From a virus, in the UHGV virus genome UHGV-0213571: DNA of 39,653 nt; one strand, written 5' to 3'. Within the stretch, counting starts at the first letter, position 1. Each line of letters opens with the position of its first letter. This document shows, piece after piece, positions 10,092 through 21,896 of this stretch. Both the position numbers and the translations under genes were made by a program. Under the pieces are notes generated by a model. It did no database searches. It was not told where the DNA came from and was given only the letters and a program-made list of their open reading frames with translations.

Positions 10092-10532
10092 ATGGCGCGC
10101 CCAACAAAGTATCAAGAGGCGTATGCCGAACAGGCACGCAAACTGTGCTTGCTGGGCTACACCGATGCAGAGCTTGCTGATTTCTTCGAAGTCAGTGAGT
10201 CAACTATTAACAAGTGGAAGCTTGATTATCCTGAGTTTTCGGAGTCCATAAAAAAGGGTAAGGCCGTCGCTGATGCAGAAGTTAGTGATCGTCTTTATCA
10301 ACGAGCTATGGGCTTCGTGGCTCCAGACATCGATATTCGTGTTATTGAAAACAGAATTGTCGAAACTCCGCTTGAGAAGTATTACCCGCCTGATACAACC
10401 GCTGCCATCTTCTGGCTTAAGAACCGACAGAAGGATAAATGGCGCGACAAGGTTGATCACGAGCTAACAGGCAAAGACGGCGGCGCAATCCAGATTGAAA
10501 CATCACCGATGAGCACTCTATTCGGAAAATGA
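10092..10532 (+). CDS. Terminase small subunit
   Basis: 146-aa product with N-terminal HTH-like region, directly upstream of and overlapping TerL. Confidence 0.65.
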   Translation: MARPTKYQEAYAEQARKLCLLGYTDAELADFFEVSESTINKWKLDYPEFSESIKKGKAVADAEVSDRLYQRAMGFVAPDIDIRVIENRIVETPLEKYYPPDTTAAIFWLKNRQKDKWRDKVDHELTGKDGGAIQIETSPMSTLFGK

Positions 10533-11944
10533 CCTCGATTAATCCTATCTTTGAACCGTTCATTGAGGCGCATCGCTACAAAGTCGCCAAAGGCGGTCGA
10601 GGTAGCGGTAAATCATGGGCAATTGCGAGACTGCTTGTTGAAGCGGCGCGTCGGCAGCCGGTGCGTATTCTCTGCGCTCGTGAACTGCAAAACAGTATCA
10701 GCGATTCGGTAATCCGGTTGCTTGAAGACACCATAGAGCGGGAAGGGTATTCGGCTGAGTTTGAAATTCAGCGTTCAATGATTCGTCATCTCGGAACGAA
10801 TGCTGAATTCATGTTCTACGGCATCAAAAACAACCCGACGAAGATTAAATCGCTCGAAGGCATTGATATCTGCTGGGTGGAGGAAGCGGAAGCGGTAACG
10901 AAGGAATCATGGGATATCCTGATACCAACCATCCGCAAGCCATTTTCCGAAATATGGGTGAGCTTCAACCCGAAAAACATCCTCGACGATACCTATCAGC
11001 GATTCGTAGTAAACCCTCCCGATGATATTTGTCTGCTGACGGTGAACTACACCGACAACCCGCACTTTCCTGAAGTTCTCCGTCTGGAGATGGAAGAGTG
11101 TAAACGCAGAAACCCGACACTGTATCGTCACATCTGGCTTGGTGAGCCGGTAAGCGCAAGTGATATGGCAATCATCAAACGTGAATGGCTTGAAGCTGCA
11201 ACCGATGCGCACAAGAAACTCGGATGGAAAGCGAAAGGCGCTGTTGTTTCTGCACATGACCCGTCAGATACAGGGCCAGATGCTAAAGGTTACGCATCGC
11301 GCCACGGTTCGGTAGTTAAGCGCATTGCCGAAGGTCTGCTGATGGACATCAACGAGGGTGCTGACTGGGCTACTTCGCTGGCGATTGAAGACGGCGCTGA
11401 CCACTACCTGTGGGATGGTGATGGTGTTGGTGCTGGGCTACGCAGACAGACAACGGAAGCGTTCTCCGGCAAGAAAATCACCGCCACGATGTTCAAGGGC
11501 AGCGAATCGCCATTCGATGAAGATGCGCCGTATCAGGCCGGAGCATGGGCTGATGAAGTCGTACAGGGTGACAACGTTCGCACTATTGGCGATGTGTTCC
11601 GCAATAAGCGAGCGCAATTCTATTACGCACTGGCTGACAGGCTGTATCTGACATATCGGGCGGTTGTTCACGGTGAGTATGCAGACCCCGACGACATGCT
11701 GAGCTTCGATAAAGAAGCAATAGGCGAGAAGATGCTGGAGAAGCTGTTTGCAGAACTTACGCAGATTCAGCGCAAATTCAATAACAACGGGAAGCTGGAG
11801 CTAATGACTAAGGTCGAAATGAAGCAGAAGCTCGGTATTCCATCTCCTAACCTGGCTGATGCGTTGATGATGTGTATGCATTGCCCGGAGTCGGCTGCGC
11901 AACCCGACTATTCCAGTTACTCAATTCCTTGTGGTGTAGGTTGA
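10529..11944 (+). CDS. Terminase large subunit
   Basis: Walker A-like motif (KGGRGSGKSW) near N-terminus, 471 aa, nuclease-domain-sized C-terminus. Confidence 0.9.
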   Translation: MTSINPIFEPFIEAHRYKVAKGGRGSGKSWAIARLLVEAARRQPVRILCARELQNSISDSVIRLLEDTIEREGYSAEFEIQRSMIRHLGTNAEFMFYGIKNNPTKIKSLEGIDICWVEEAEAVTKESWDILIPTIRKPFSEIWVSFNPKNILDDTYQRFVVNPPDDICLLTVNYTDNPHFPEVLRLEMEECKRRNPTLYRHIWLGEPVSASDMAIIKREWLEAATDAHKKLGWKAKGAVVSAHDPSDTGPDAKGYASRHGSVVKRIAEGLLMDINEGADWATSLAIEDGADHYLWDGDGVGAGLRRQTTEAFSGKKITATMFKGSESPFDEDAPYQAGAWADEVVQGDNVRTIGDVFRNKRAQFYYALADRLYLTYRAVVHGEYADPDDMLSFDKEAIGEKMLEKLFAELTQIQRKFNNNGKLELMTKVEMKQKLGIPSPNLADALMMCMHCPESAAQPDYSSYSIPCGVG

Positions 11945-11945
11945 T

Positions 11946-14144
11946 ATGGCAGAAAAAAAGATGACTGACTGGCATCGCAAGGTGCTGTGCAACTTTGATA
12001 ATGCCTGGTCAGCAACGCAGGATATGCGTGAGCAGATTATTGAGGCTCAACGTTTCGTCAGGGTGTCCGGCGCACAGTGGGAAGGCAGCACAAACGCTGG
12101 TTACTCATTTGATGAAGGCAGGTTTGAGCATTATCCGCGTTTTGAACTGAATAAGATTGCCCGTGAATGTGATCGCATCATTGGCGAGTATCGACAGAAT
12201 CGCATCAGCGTTAAATTCAGGCCGAAGGACGATAAGGCATCGGAAGCGTTAGCCGAAAAGATGAACGGCAAATTCCGCGCTGACTATCAGGAAACATCCG
12301 GTGGCGAAGCGTGTGATAACGCATTTGATGATGCTGTAACGGGCGGATTCGGTTGTTTCCGCATGTGTGCCGATTACGAAGATGAAATGGATCCGAGTAA
12401 CGAGCAGCGCCGCATCAGCCTTCTTCCTGTTTACGACCCAGCGACATGCGTCTTCTTCGATCAGGACAGCAAGCAATATGACCGCTCTGATGCTATGTGG
12501 GCTATGGAAATGTTCTCCATGACGCCTAAAGCGTTCGAGGCTGAATACCCTGATTCCATAGCGGCAAGCCTTTCTCGTGATGACACTGGCACTCAATATG
12601 ACTGGTCAACGCCTGATGCCATCTATGTTGGACGCTACTACGAAGTTCGCATAGAGAAGGTGAAGCTCACAGCATGGCGTAACCCTGTTAGCGGAGAAAC
12701 GGCAATCTATGATGAAGAGCAAATCAAAGATATTGTTGACGAGCTAACCGATGGTGCATTCGAGCTGATCGGTGAGAGGACAGTGAAGAAACGCAGAGTT
12801 TATTGCGGTCTTCTGTCTGGCGCTGAATGGCTGGAAGAACCGAAGCGTATTCCGGGTGAACATATTCCTCTCATCCCGGTATATGGGCGTCGCTCATTTG
12901 TTGATAATCAGGAGCGAATCGAAGGCCACGCAGCAAAAGCGATGGATGCACAGCGTCTTGAGAACCTGATGGTTTCCATGATTGCAGATAACGCTACTCA
13001 GGCTGGCGGTGATGGCATTCCTATCGTGGATGTTGATTTCATTCCCGGCCCATTAATGAATCACTGGGCAGAGAGGAATAAGAAAAGACCTGCAGTTCTT
13101 CCCATGACCAGCAAGAAGGACAAAAACGGAACGGTCATTTCAGAGGCTCAGGTTGCTGGCTGGACACCTCCGACACAAATGCCTCCTGCTCTTGCCGGGC
13201 TATTGCAGTACACCGGAACGGCTATTCAGCAAATTACAGGTGCGTCGCAGCTTGAGAACATGCCGAGCAACGTCGCTACCGATACCGTTGATAGCATCTT
13301 TAACCGGATGGACACGCAGTCCTATATCTACATGGACAACATGGCTAAATCCATGCGCCGTGCTGGCGTCGTGTGGCTTTCTATGGCTCGTGAAGTCTAT
13401 GGCAGTGATACGCCGATGCGTATCGTTAATGAGGACGGCAGCGATGACGTGGCGCTGATGACTGGTGAAGTGGTTGACCGTCAGACAGGGCAGGTTATCG
13501 CGCTTAATGACCTTTCGCAGGGTAACTATGAAGTGACTGTCGATGTTGGCCAGTCGTTCGCTACTCGCCGTGATGCAACGGTTAAGTCGTTACTTTCCAT
13601 GCTGGCACTTATCCCACCAGGAACTCCGAAGCACGACCTTGTATCGTCGATGATTCTCGACAATATGGACGGCGAAGGGATGGACGACCTGAAAGAATAC
13701 AACCGCAATCAGTTGCTTCTGTCTGGCGTTATCAAGCCGAGAACACCTGAAGAACAGCAAATGGTTGAGCAGGCGAAACAACAACAGGCCAGTCAGCCAG
13801 ATCCGGCTATGGTTGCTGCGCAAGGTCAGCTTCTTGCTGGTCAGGCTGAATTGCAGAAAGCGCAGAACGAGCAGGCAGCCATTCAGGTTAAAGCATTCCA
13901 GGCACAGACTGATGCTCAGGTTGCAGCGGCAAACGTTGTGAAAATCCTCGCATCTGCTGATAGCCAGCAGAAATCTGATATCCGCGAGGCTCTGAAACTG
14001 CTCGGACAGTTCCAGCAACAGCAAGGAGACAATGCCCGTGCTGATGCAGAGCTTGTCCTGAAAAGTCAGGCACAGGGCCATGCGCAGCGCATGGACATCA
14101 GCAGCATCCTGCAAAAATCAACTCAGCAACAACCACAGCAGTAA
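11946..14144 (+). CDS. Portal protein (P22 gp1-like)
   Basis: 732 aa, follows TerL; Gln/Ala-rich C-terminal helical barrel region typical of P22-type portals. Confidence 0.85.
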   Translation: MAEKKMTDWHRKVLCNFDNAWSATQDMREQIIEAQRFVRVSGAQWEGSTNAGYSFDEGRFEHYPRFELNKIARECDRIIGEYRQNRISVKFRPKDDKASEALAEKMNGKFRADYQETSGGEACDNAFDDAVTGGFGCFRMCADYEDEMDPSNEQRRISLLPVYDPATCVFFDQDSKQYDRSDAMWAMEMFSMTPKAFEAEYPDSIAASLSRDDTGTQYDWSTPDAIYVGRYYEVRIEKVKLTAWRNPVSGETAIYDEEQIKDIVDELTDGAFELIGERTVKKRRVYCGLLSGAEWLEEPKRIPGEHIPLIPVYGRRSFVDNQERIEGHAAKAMDAQRLENLMVSMIADNATQAGGDGIPIVDVDFIPGPLMNHWAERNKKRPAVLPMTSKKDKNGTVISEAQVAGWTPPTQMPPALAGLLQYTGTAIQQITGASQLENMPSNVATDTVDSIFNRMDTQSYIYMDNMAKSMRRAGVVWLSMAREVYGSDTPMRIVNEDGSDDVALMTGEVVDRQTGQVIALNDLSQGNYEVTVDVGQSFATRRDATVKSLLSMLALIPPGTPKHDLVSSMILDNMDGEGMDDLKEYNRNQLLLSGVIKPRTPEEQQMVEQAKQQQASQPDPAMVAAQGQLLAGQAELQKAQNEQAAIQVKAFQAQTDAQVAAANVVKILASADSQQKSDIREALKLLGQFQQQQGDNARADAELVLKSQAQGHAQRMDISSILQKSTQQQPQQ

Positions 14145-14234
14145 TTAACCCATAACGTGCAATGGCTGTCTTTATTAGGCCTGGCACCCTATTGCCTTCC
14201 GATGGGCTGAACATCGAGTAAACAGGGGTAACAA

Positions 14235-15128
14235 ATGGACCAGATGGCAGAAAACACACCAGAAGTTGAAATCGAAACCGACGCGTCAGAGCAGATTCCT
14301 GATGATGTCGAACTGGCTGAAGAAGTCGAAACAGAAGATGGCAGTGAGTCCTCCGGCAATGATGCAGAGGAAGCTACTGAAACTGATGACGACGAATCAG
14401 AACAGGAATTCTACTTTGGTGACGAAAAGCTGGATTCGCCAACCAGCGAAGATGGCGCAGAGCATGGACTGGTAAAACACCTGCGCAAGACGATTAAAGA
14501 GAAAGACCGTGAGCTGAAAGAGCTGATGCGTCAGTCTCAGAAACCCGTCGAGCAGCAGCCGGTAATCACTCAACCACCGCGAATGCCAAAACTGGATGAT
14601 GAGGACATCGGTTTCGATGAAGAAATCTACCAGCAACGCATGGCTAAGTGGGCAGAGGATAACGGCAAGTACCAGCAACAGGAGATGGCTCGCAAGCAGA
14701 AGGAGCAGGAGCTTCAGGCTGCCTATCAAGAGCGATTATCCAAATATCAGCAACGTGTTAAGGCTCTCAAGGTTCCTGGCTATCAGGAAGCAGAACAGGC
14801 CGTACTCGAGGAAATCCCCATCGAGACACAAAACGCGATCCTGTTTGAGTCAGAGAAGCCGGAAATCGTTGTTCTGGCACTCGGTCGCAACGCTGAACTG
14901 CGCAAGCAACTGGCAGAAGCTACCAACCCCGTAGCAATTGGTCGTCTGCTGGAACGTATCGAATCGAAGGCCAGAATCATGCCAAAAGCAAAAACCACGG
15001 CAGCCACAACCCCGACAGTTAAGGGGAGCAACGGCGCAGTAATCAACAACCTCGACAAACTGAAAGCCAAGGCGCTGGAAACTGGTGACTGGACGCCGTA
15101 TTTCGCCGCTAAAAAGGCAAAAAAATAA
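14235..15128 (+). CDS. Scaffolding protein (P22 gp8-like)
   Basis: 297-aa highly acidic N-terminus, helical, Lys-rich C-terminus; between portal and coat. Confidence 0.75.
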   Translation: MDQMAENTPEVEIETDASEQIPDDVELAEEVETEDGSESSGNDAEEATETDDDESEQEFYFGDEKLDSPTSEDGAEHGLVKHLRKTIKEKDRELKELMRQSQKPVEQQPVITQPPRMPKLDDEDIGFDEEIYQQRMAKWAEDNGKYQQQEMARKQKEQELQAAYQERLSKYQQRVKALKVPGYQEAEQAVLEEIPIETQNAILFESEKPEIVVLALGRNAELRKQLAEATNPVAIGRLLERIESKARIMPKAKTTAATTPTVKGSNGAVINNLDKLKAKALETGDWTPYFAAKKAKK

Positions 15129-15146
15129 CCTATCGGAGCATTAAGC

Positions 15147-16400
15147 ATGGCTAACCAATTAGCAAAAGACCTTGAAATCATGTTCGAAAACTACGTTGAA
15201 GGCTTTGAGGCCGCCTGCGTAGTTTCCCGTAACGCTAAAAAATTCCGTCCCGGTGATACAGCAATGCAGCGAGCAGGTGATGTTCTGTATCGTCCGCAGC
15301 ATTACCACATGAACATTGAGGAAGGCCTAGACCTCAGCAGCAAAACGCCAACAGCACTGGTTCAGCGTCTTGTTCCTTCAGTGTTCAAGGAGCCGAAAAA
15401 CATTCTGTACACTCTGGATGCGCGTGAAATGCGTGACCCTGAGCATAAAACTGAAGCTGGTCGCGCCGCAGGTATGCGCCTTGCTGCACAGATTGACTCT
15501 GACCTGATTTCCATGGTCACGCAGCGTGCTACTAACGTGATCACTATGGCTGACTCAACCACAGGTACACAGGGCCGTGATTTGTGGAACTGTGCGGCAG
15601 GTATTGATGCCACCATGACGGCGATTGGTGTACCTCAGGGTATCAACCGTCGCTCTTTCTGGAACCCCTTCAACTACAAAGACCTTGCTGGCGAGCTTGG
15701 TCACCGTGCCTATGCTCAGGGCGCAACCCTGACGGCATACGAAAAAGCGCAGATCCCTCCGGTTGCGTCCTTCGATAGCTACAAGACCGATATTTCTGGT
15801 CGTGTTCCGAAAGGGACAGCAACTTCCATTACGCTGGCAGCAGCACCTGCGCACAAAGTTGAAGCGAAAGATGCTAACGATATGCCAGTGGATAACCGAC
15901 AGGGGACCATTACGGTATCTGCTGAAGGTTTGCAGGTTGGCGATGCGTTTACCATCGCAGGGGTGAATTCCGTACACCAGATCACCAAAGATACCACCGG
16001 GCAGCCGCAGGTATTCCGCGTTCTGGCAGTTAGCGGAACGACAGTAACTATCTCCCCGAAAATTCTGCCGCCTGACAACGCGGATGTCGCCAGCCGTCCA
16101 TATGCAAACGTTGATGCTAATGCGGCAAGTAGCGCAGCAATCACCATTCTCAACAAAAATGCCGCACCGGCTAACCTGTTCTGGGCTGATGGTTCTGTTG
16201 AACTGATGTACGGCAAACTGGCGTTCCCGACTGGTCAGGGTCCACAGGTAATGACAGCAACCACCGAGCAGGGCGCTACGCTGATCATGTCTTATGCCTT
16301 CGACCACATCAAAGGCGTAACCACTGCTCGTTTCACCACTCTGTACGGTTGCTCTGTACTTGTTCCTGAATATACGGGCATCGTTATTGCCGGGCAGTAA
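15147..16400 (+). CDS. Major coat protein (P22 gp5-like)
   Basis: 417 aa; C-terminal region (RPYANVDANAASSAAITILNKNAAPANLFWADGSV) resembles remembered P22 coat; followed by terminator. Confidence 0.85.
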   Translation: MANQLAKDLEIMFENYVEGFEAACVVSRNAKKFRPGDTAMQRAGDVLYRPQHYHMNIEEGLDLSSKTPTALVQRLVPSVFKEPKNILYTLDAREMRDPEHKTEAGRAAGMRLAAQIDSDLISMVTQRATNVITMADSTTGTQGRDLWNCAAGIDATMTAIGVPQGINRRSFWNPFNYKDLAGELGHRAYAQGATLTAYEKAQIPPVASFDSYKTDISGRVPKGTATSITLAAAPAHKVEAKDANDMPVDNRQGTITVSAEGLQVGDAFTIAGVNSVHQITKDTTGQPQVFRVLAVSGTTVTISPKILPPDNADVASRPYANVDANAASSAAITILNKNAAPANLFWADGSVELMYGKLAFPTGQGPQVMTATTEQGATLIMSYAFDHIKGVTTARFTTLYGCSVLVPEYTGIVIAGQ

Positions 16401-16407
16401 TTTTGGT

Positions 16408-16432
16408 GGGGCTTCGGCCCCATTTTTATTGG
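16408..16432 (+). terminator. Rho-independent terminator after coat gene
   Basis: GGGGC-TTCG-GCCCC hairpin followed by ATTTTTATT. Confidence 0.5.
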
Positions 16433-16441
16433 GAGAAGACA

Positions 16442-16630
16442 ATGGCACGAACAATGCTCTATAAGCCTGGCAACATGATCACCTGTGGTCAGTTTGCTGT
16501 CGATTACATCATTGTTGATGACGAAGAAGTTAAATCTCACCTGAAAAAAGGTTGGGTAAAAACTCCTGAAGAAACCGCAACGAAGCAAAAAGTGGCTAAG
16601 GCGGAAGAAGATGGCGAAAACGAAGGGTGA
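16442..16630 (+). CDS. Hypothetical small protein
   Basis: 62-aa ORF with GGGAGAAG RBS; overlaps start of next gene. Confidence 0.4.
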   Translation: MARTMLYKPGNMITCGQFAVDYIIVDDEEVKSHLKKGWVKTPEETATKQKVAKAEEDGENEG

Positions 16631-17072
16631 TCTCGTTCTAAAGGCTTTACGAAAAGCCGGGCTGTATTCCAATGCCACGTTGACAGATGCTGACCCTCAG
16701 GCAATTGAAGATGCTATTAATGACCTCGAAGACATGATGGCAGCATGGCAGGCGAAAGGTATCGAGCTTGGGTATCAGTTTGCTGATACAGAAAACGGCA
16801 TCATGCCGTTACCTGACGATGATTCAGGTATCCCTGCATGGGCAAATGATGGCGTCGCTTTGAAACTCGCTGTGCAAGTGTGCATGGATAACGTCATTCA
16901 GCCGTCAGACGCTCTCCTTACCGCTGCTGACAGTGCATATCAGACAATCTGCATCGCTTTAACCAAAATACCACCACTTGAGCGGCGAAATGACATGCCT
17001 CGCGGTAGTGGTAACAAAAGCGCGTTTACGTGGAATCGGTTTTACATCGAGAAAGATGATCCGAGTACGTGA
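16611..17072 (+). CDS. Head completion / tail adaptor protein (P22 gp4-like)
   Basis: Size (153 aa) and position in conserved P22 order 5-4-10-26. Confidence 0.65.
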   Translation: MAKTKGDLVLKALRKAGLYSNATLTDADPQAIEDAINDLEDMMAAWQAKGIELGYQFADTENGIMPLPDDDSGIPAWANDGVALKLAVQVCMDNVIQPSDALLTAADSAYQTICIALTKIPPLERRNDMPRGSGNKSAFTWNRFYIEKDDPST

Positions 17073-17081
17073 GGTGAATAA

Positions 17082-18500
17082 ATGCCGATTCAGCAACTTC
17101 CGCTTATGAAAGGTGTCGGCAAAGATTTCAGAAACGCCGACTATATCGACTATCTGCCAGCGAATATGTTGGCTACACCCAAAGAAATCCTCAACAGCAG
17201 TGGATATCTTCGCTCATTCCCTGGCATTGCCAAACGCTCTGATGTGAACGGTGTATCTCGCGGCGTCGAGTACAACATGGCGCAGAGTGCTGTTTATCGC
17301 GTGTGTGGTGGGAAGCTTTACAAAGGCGAAAGCGAAGTCGGTGACGTCTCCGGAAGTGGTCGCGTATCAATGGCGCATGGTCGAACATCTCAGGCTGTAG
17401 GCGTTAATGGTCAACTGGTCGAGTATCGTTATGATGGCACGGTTAAAACCGTCTCAAACTGGCCTACAGACAGCGGATTCACGCAGTATGAGTTAGGTTC
17501 AGTCCGCGACATTACACGCTTACGTGGGCGTTATGCGTGGTCAAAAGACGGTACTGATTCATGGTTTATCACTGACCTTGAAGACGAATCGCATCCTGAC
17601 CGCTACAGTGCACAATATCGCGCAGAATCGCAGCCGGACGGCATCATCGGTATCGGAACATGGCGAGACTTCATCGTCTGCTTTGGTTCATCGACGATTG
17701 AATATTTTTCCCTGACTGGGGCAACCACCGTTGGTGCTGCTTTGTATGTCGCCCAGCCATCGTTAATGGTGCAGAAAGGCATTGCCGGGACTTACTGCAA
17801 AACGCCGTTTGCTGATTCGTATGCGTTCATCAGCAATCCGGCAACGGGTGCGCCGTCTGTATACATCATCGGCTCCGGTCAGGTGTCACCAATCGCCAGC
17901 GCGAGCATTGAGAAAATCCTCCGCTCCTACACTGCTGATGAACTGGCTGATGGCGTGATGGAATCGTTGCGGTTTGATGCTCATGAGTTGCTGATTATTC
18001 ACCTGCCGCGCCATGTTCTTGTTTACGACGCATCTTCAAGCGCCAATGGTCCGCAATGGTGTGTGTTGAAAACAGGCCTGTATGACGATGTGTACCGCGC
18101 TATCGACTTCATTTACGAAGGCAATCAGATAACGTGCGGCGATAAGCTGGAGTCCGTGACCGGGAAATTGCAGTTCGATATCAGCAGCCAGTACGACAAG
18201 CAGCAGGAACACCTGCTGTTTACTCCGTTGTTCAAAGCGGATAACGCCAGAGTGTTTGACCTTGAAGTTGAATCTTCAACTGGCGTTGCGCAGTACGCTG
18301 ACCGCCTGTTCCTCTCTGCAACCACTGACGGCATCAATTACGGTCGTGAGCAGATGATTGAGCAGAATGAACCGTTCGTTTACGACAAACGCGTTTTGTG
18401 GAAGCGTGTCGGGCGAATCAGGAAAAATGTTGGCTTCAAATTGCGCGTTATCACGAAGTCACCTGTCACTCTGTCTGGCTGTCAGATAAGGATTGAGTAA
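17082..18500 (+). CDS. Tail hub / packaged DNA stabilisation protein (P22 gp10-like)
   Basis: 472 aa (same size as P22 gp10), position. Confidence 0.7.
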   Translation: MPIQQLPLMKGVGKDFRNADYIDYLPANMLATPKEILNSSGYLRSFPGIAKRSDVNGVSRGVEYNMAQSAVYRVCGGKLYKGESEVGDVSGSGRVSMAHGRTSQAVGVNGQLVEYRYDGTVKTVSNWPTDSGFTQYELGSVRDITRLRGRYAWSKDGTDSWFITDLEDESHPDRYSAQYRAESQPDGIIGIGTWRDFIVCFGSSTIEYFSLTGATTVGAALYVAQPSLMVQKGIAGTYCKTPFADSYAFISNPATGAPSVYIIGSGQVSPIASASIEKILRSYTADELADGVMESLRFDAHELLIIHLPRHVLVYDASSSANGPQWCVLKTGLYDDVYRAIDFIYEGNQITCGDKLESVTGKLQFDISSQYDKQQEHLLFTPLFKADNARVFDLEVESSTGVAQYADRLFLSATTDGINYGREQMIEQNEPFVYDKRVLWKRVGRIRKNVGFKLRVITKSPVTLSGCQIRIE

Positions 18501-19348
18501 TGGCGGATTCGAATCTCAATGTGCCGGTAATCATCCAAGCTACGCGGCTCGATACATCAGTTCTTCCACGCAATATCTTCTCGCAGTCATATCTGCTGTA
18601 CGTTATCGCACAGGGTACTGATGTTGGTAACGTGGCGAACAAGGCCAACGAGGCCGGACAGGGCGCTTATGATGCACAAGTCAGGAACGATGAGCAGGAT
18701 GTGATTCTGGTCGATCACGAAATTCGACTGGCATCGGCTGAAGCGAAGATTCAGGACCACGAAACAAGGATCACTAACGCAGAAGCGGCGATAGTCGGCC
18801 TTGATTCACGATTAACGACAGCAGAAAACGATATTGATTACCTGACTGATGAAGTTGTCGCCATTCAAAACACGCTTTCCGACCATGAAACGCGCATCGA
18901 TGCTCTGGAGTATGCCACTACTCGCAAGAAGTCAGAAGTTGTTTACTCTGGTGTATCTGTAACCATCCCGACAACGCCGACCAACCTTGTTAGCCTGCTG
19001 AAAACGCTCACGCCGTCATCCGGCTCGTTGACACCATTCTTCGACACCGTTAACAACAAGATGGTTGTGTTCAACGAGAACAAAACCTTGTTCTTCAAGC
19101 TGTCGATCGTCGGGACGTGGCCCAGCGGAACCGCCAACAGGTCAATGCAACTAAGCTTTTCCGGCTCTGTTCCTGACACACTGGTAAGCAGTCGCAACTC
19201 GGCGACAACAACCGATAACATCCTGTTAGCTACGTTCTTCAGCGTGGATAAAGACGGCTTTCTTGCCACAAATGGCAGTACGTTAACCATTCAGTCAAAT
19301 GGTGCGGCGTTTACTGCCACAACCATCAAGATAATCGCGGAGCAGTAA
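18500..19348 (+). CDS. Tail needle protein (P22 gp26-like) with extended C-terminal knob
   Basis: N-terminus [43 protein letters not shown] matches remembered P22 gp26 N-terminus; longer (282 aa) than P22 gp26. Confidence 0.8.
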   Translation: MADSNLNVPVIIQATRLDTSVLPRNIFSQSYLLYVIAQGTDVGNVANKANEAGQGAYDAQVRNDEQDVILVDHEIRLASAEAKIQDHETRITNAEAAIVGLDSRLTTAENDIDYLTDEVVAIQNTLSDHETRIDALEYATTRKKSEVVYSGVSVTIPTTPTNLVSLLKTLTPSSGSLTPFFDTVNNKMVVFNENKTLFFKLSIVGTWPSGTANRSMQLSFSGSVPDTLVSSRNSATTTDNILLATFFSVDKDGFLATNGSTLTIQSNGAAFTATTIKIIAEQ

Positions 19349-19803
19349 TGATTCAGTTCAAACCAACGCGAAATATCGACCTGATCGAAGCAGTCGGAAA
19401 TCACCCTGACATTATTGCCGGAAGCAACAACGGTGATGGATACGAATACAAGCCTGAATGCCGTTACTTTGAGGTGAACGTGCACGGTCAGTTTGGCGGC
19501 ATTGTTTACTATCAGGAGATTCAGCCGCTGACATTCGATTGCCACGCCATGTACCTGCCAGAGGTTCGTGGATTCAGCAAGGAAATCGGGCTGGCGTTCT
19601 GGCGATACATTCTTACTAACACCACCGTTCAGTGCGTCACATCGTTCGCTGCGCGCAAATTCCGCCACGGTCAGATGTACTGCGCAATGATTGGCCTTAA
19701 GCGTGTAGGAACCATCAAGAAATACTTTAAAGGCGTGGATGACGTGACATTTTACAGCGCCACACGCGAAGAACTAATCGACTTCCTGAATCACGGGAGA
19801 TAG
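19348..19803 (+). CDS. Putative head assembly protein (gp14 position)
   Basis: Position only. Confidence 0.45.
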   Translation: MIQFKPTRNIDLIEAVGNHPDIIAGSNNGDGYEYKPECRYFEVNVHGQFGGIVYYQEIQPLTFDCHAMYLPEVRGFSKEIGLAFWRYILTNTTVQCVTSFAARKFRHGQMYCAMIGLKRVGTIKKYFKGVDDVTFYSATREELIDFLNHGR

Positions 19804-19805
19804 CC

Positions 19806-20498
19806 ATGTTATATGCATTTAAACTGGGCAGAAAACTGCGCGGCGAGGAACCTTATTGCCCTGAAAAAGGCGGGAAAGGTGGCAGTTCTGATAAAAGTGC
19901 AAAGTATGCCGCAGAAGCTCAGAAGTATGCCGCAGACCTGCAAAATCAGCAGTGGCAGACGATCATGAAAAACCTTGCTCCGTTCACGCCGCTTGCGGAG
20001 CAGTATGTTAACCAGCTTCAGAACCTTTCCAGTTTAGAAGGTCAGGGACAGGCACTTAATCAGTATTACAATTCTCAGCAGTATAAAGACCTCGCAGGTC
20101 AGGCGCGTTACCAGAGTCTTGCTGCTGCGGAGGCTACGGGAGGACTTGGTTCGACAGCCACAAGCAATCAACTGGCTACGATCGCGCCGACTCTCGGTCA
20201 GTCTTGGTTATCAAACCAGATGAGCAATTACAACAATCTGGCAAACGTTGGGCTTGGTGCTCTGCAAGGTCAGGCAAACGCCGGTCAGACGTACGCCAAC
20301 AACATGAGCAGCATTGCACAGCAAAGCGCAGCTCTTGCCGCTGCTAATGCCAACAAACCATCAAGTCTTCAGACAGCAATTAGCGGCGGAACGTCCGGTG
20401 CGATTGCCGGTGCAGGTCTTGCCAGCCTTTTGGGAACATCAACACCTTGGGGCGCTGGCATTGGTGCTGGTATCGGATTGCTTGGCTCGTTGTTTTAA
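19806..20498 (+). CDS. Ejection (E) protein, P22 gp7-like
   Basis: 230 aa, Gln/Ala/Gly-rich low-complexity, position after gp14. Confidence 0.6.
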   Translation: MLYAFKLGRKLRGEEPYCPEKGGKGGSSDKSAKYAAEAQKYAADLQNQQWQTIMKNLAPFTPLAEQYVNQLQNLSSLEGQGQALNQYYNSQQYKDLAGQARYQSLAAAEATGGLGSTATSNQLATIAPTLGQSWLSNQMSNYNNLANVGLGALQGQANAGQTYANNMSSIAQQSAALAAANANKPSSLQTAISGGTSGAIAGAGLASLLGTSTPWGAGIGAGIGLLGSLF

Positions 20499-20507
20499 GG
20501 GGTAATC

Positions 20508-21896
20508 ATGGCTACTTGGCAAGGATCAAATGGCGGATTGTTGGCTGGTATCGGCGGCGTCAACTCGAACGCTCCGAGCGTAAATGACATCGGCAACACG
20601 CTTCAGCTTATCAGGCAGAACAATGATATTGAGCGTTCAGGCGCTAACAATGTTGGGCTGACTGCTTTGCAAGGTCTTTCAGGTATTGCGGGTGTTTTTC
20701 AGCAGGAAAAGCAGGCTCAGCGGCAGAAAGAATTTCAGCAGGCATACGCTAATGCTTATGCGTCTGGTGATCGCGGTGCTTTGCGTCAGTTGGCTACTCA
20801 ATATCCAGACCAGATTGAATCCGTTCGTAAAGGCATGGGATTCATTGATGAAGACCAGCGCAATTCTATAGGCACCTTAGCGGCTGGCGCACGCCTTGCG
20901 TCATCGTCTCCAGAAGCAATGCAATCATGGCTGCAAAACAACGCCAAGGAACTGACTCGCGTCGGTGTTGACCCTAATAACGTTGCTCAGATGTATCAGC
21001 AGAATCCTTCAGGATTTGGTGAGTTTGTTGATCACCTTGGGATGGCTGCTCTTGGTCCGATTGATTACTTCAATGTTCAGGACAAGATGGCAGGTCGTGA
21101 GATTGACCGAGGCAGGCTGGCAGAGACAATCCGCAGCAATCAGGCTGGCGAGGCGCTAACAGCACGAGGCCAGAACATCACGATGCGCGGTCAGGACTTA
21201 TCTGCTTCTACTGCGAGACGCGGGCAGGATTTGGCAATGCAGCGAGCGTCAACAAGAGGAACCGCTGGGAATGATGAGCGTACAGTTCAGTTATCAGATG
21301 GCAGAACTGTAACGGTAGGAGGGAAACTTCACGGCGCTGGGGCTAATGCGTTCTACGAAGGCATCGACAACGAGGGGAATATGGTTCGCGTTCCTGCCAG
21401 TTCAATCGCAGCGCCTGCAACATCGTCTGCATCAGCACAAAACTATGCCATGAAGAAGGATATCGACGCGATCGCAAATGCAGACGCTTCTGCTCTCGAT
21501 TTCATGACAGGAATGACAGGCGGTGCAGGTAATCCAGCAATTGGTGCTGATGTTCGCAGCCGATTAACAGGAAAAGAGCAGCGCCAGTTATATAACTCAG
21601 CACAACGTATTCAGGGCAGAATGCAGAATCAGGGGGTGGCGGCAGCAAGGGACATGGGTGCCAGTGGTATTAACACCGTTGCAGAAGCGAAGATGTATTT
21701 TCAGGGGATGCCGCAGGTTGACTATTCAAGCCCGGAGGCTATGCAGCAGTCGATTCGTGAGATTCAGGAATACACCAACAATTACAACCAACAATATAAC
21801 GTTAATGTTGGTAAATCTCAGCGGCAGCAATCTCAACCTGCACAGGTATCACGGCCAGCAGCCAGCAGTAACTTTTCTTCACTATGGGGTGATTAA
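20508..21896 (+). CDS. Ejection protein, P22 gp20-like
   Basis: 462 aa, low-complexity Gln/Ala-rich, position. Confidence 0.6.
   Translation: MATWQGSNGGLLAGIGGVNSNAPSVNDIGNTLQLIRQNNDIERSGANNVGLTALQGLSGIAGVFQQEKQAQRQKEFQQAYANAYASGDRGALRQLATQYPDQIESVRKGMGFIDEDQRNSIGTLAAGARLASSSPEAMQSWLQNNAKELTRVGVDPNNVAQMYQQNPSGFGEFVDHLGMAALGPIDYFNVQDKMAGREIDRGRLAETIRSNQAGEALTARGQNITMRGQDLSASTARRGQDLAMQRASTRGTAGNDERTVQLSDGRTVTVGGKLHGAGANAFYEGIDNEGNMVRVPASSIAAPATSSASAQNYAMKKDIDAIANADASALDFMTGMTGGAGNPAIGADVRSRLTGKEQRQLYNSAQRIQGRMQNQGVAAARDMGASGINTVAEAKMYFQGMPQVDYSSPEAMQQSIREIQEYTNNYNQQYNVNVGKSQRQQSQPAQVSRPAASSNFSSLWGD

Noticed and set aside
13590-14114. 174-aa minus-strand ORF inside the portal gene
   Set aside because: Antisense to the portal C-terminal Gln/Ala-rich region; low-complexity product, no RBS context
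15555-16454. 299-aa minus-strand ORF overlapping the coat gene
   Set aside because: Lies antisense within a well-supported major coat protein gene; Cys/Arg-rich translation typical of spurious antisense ORFs
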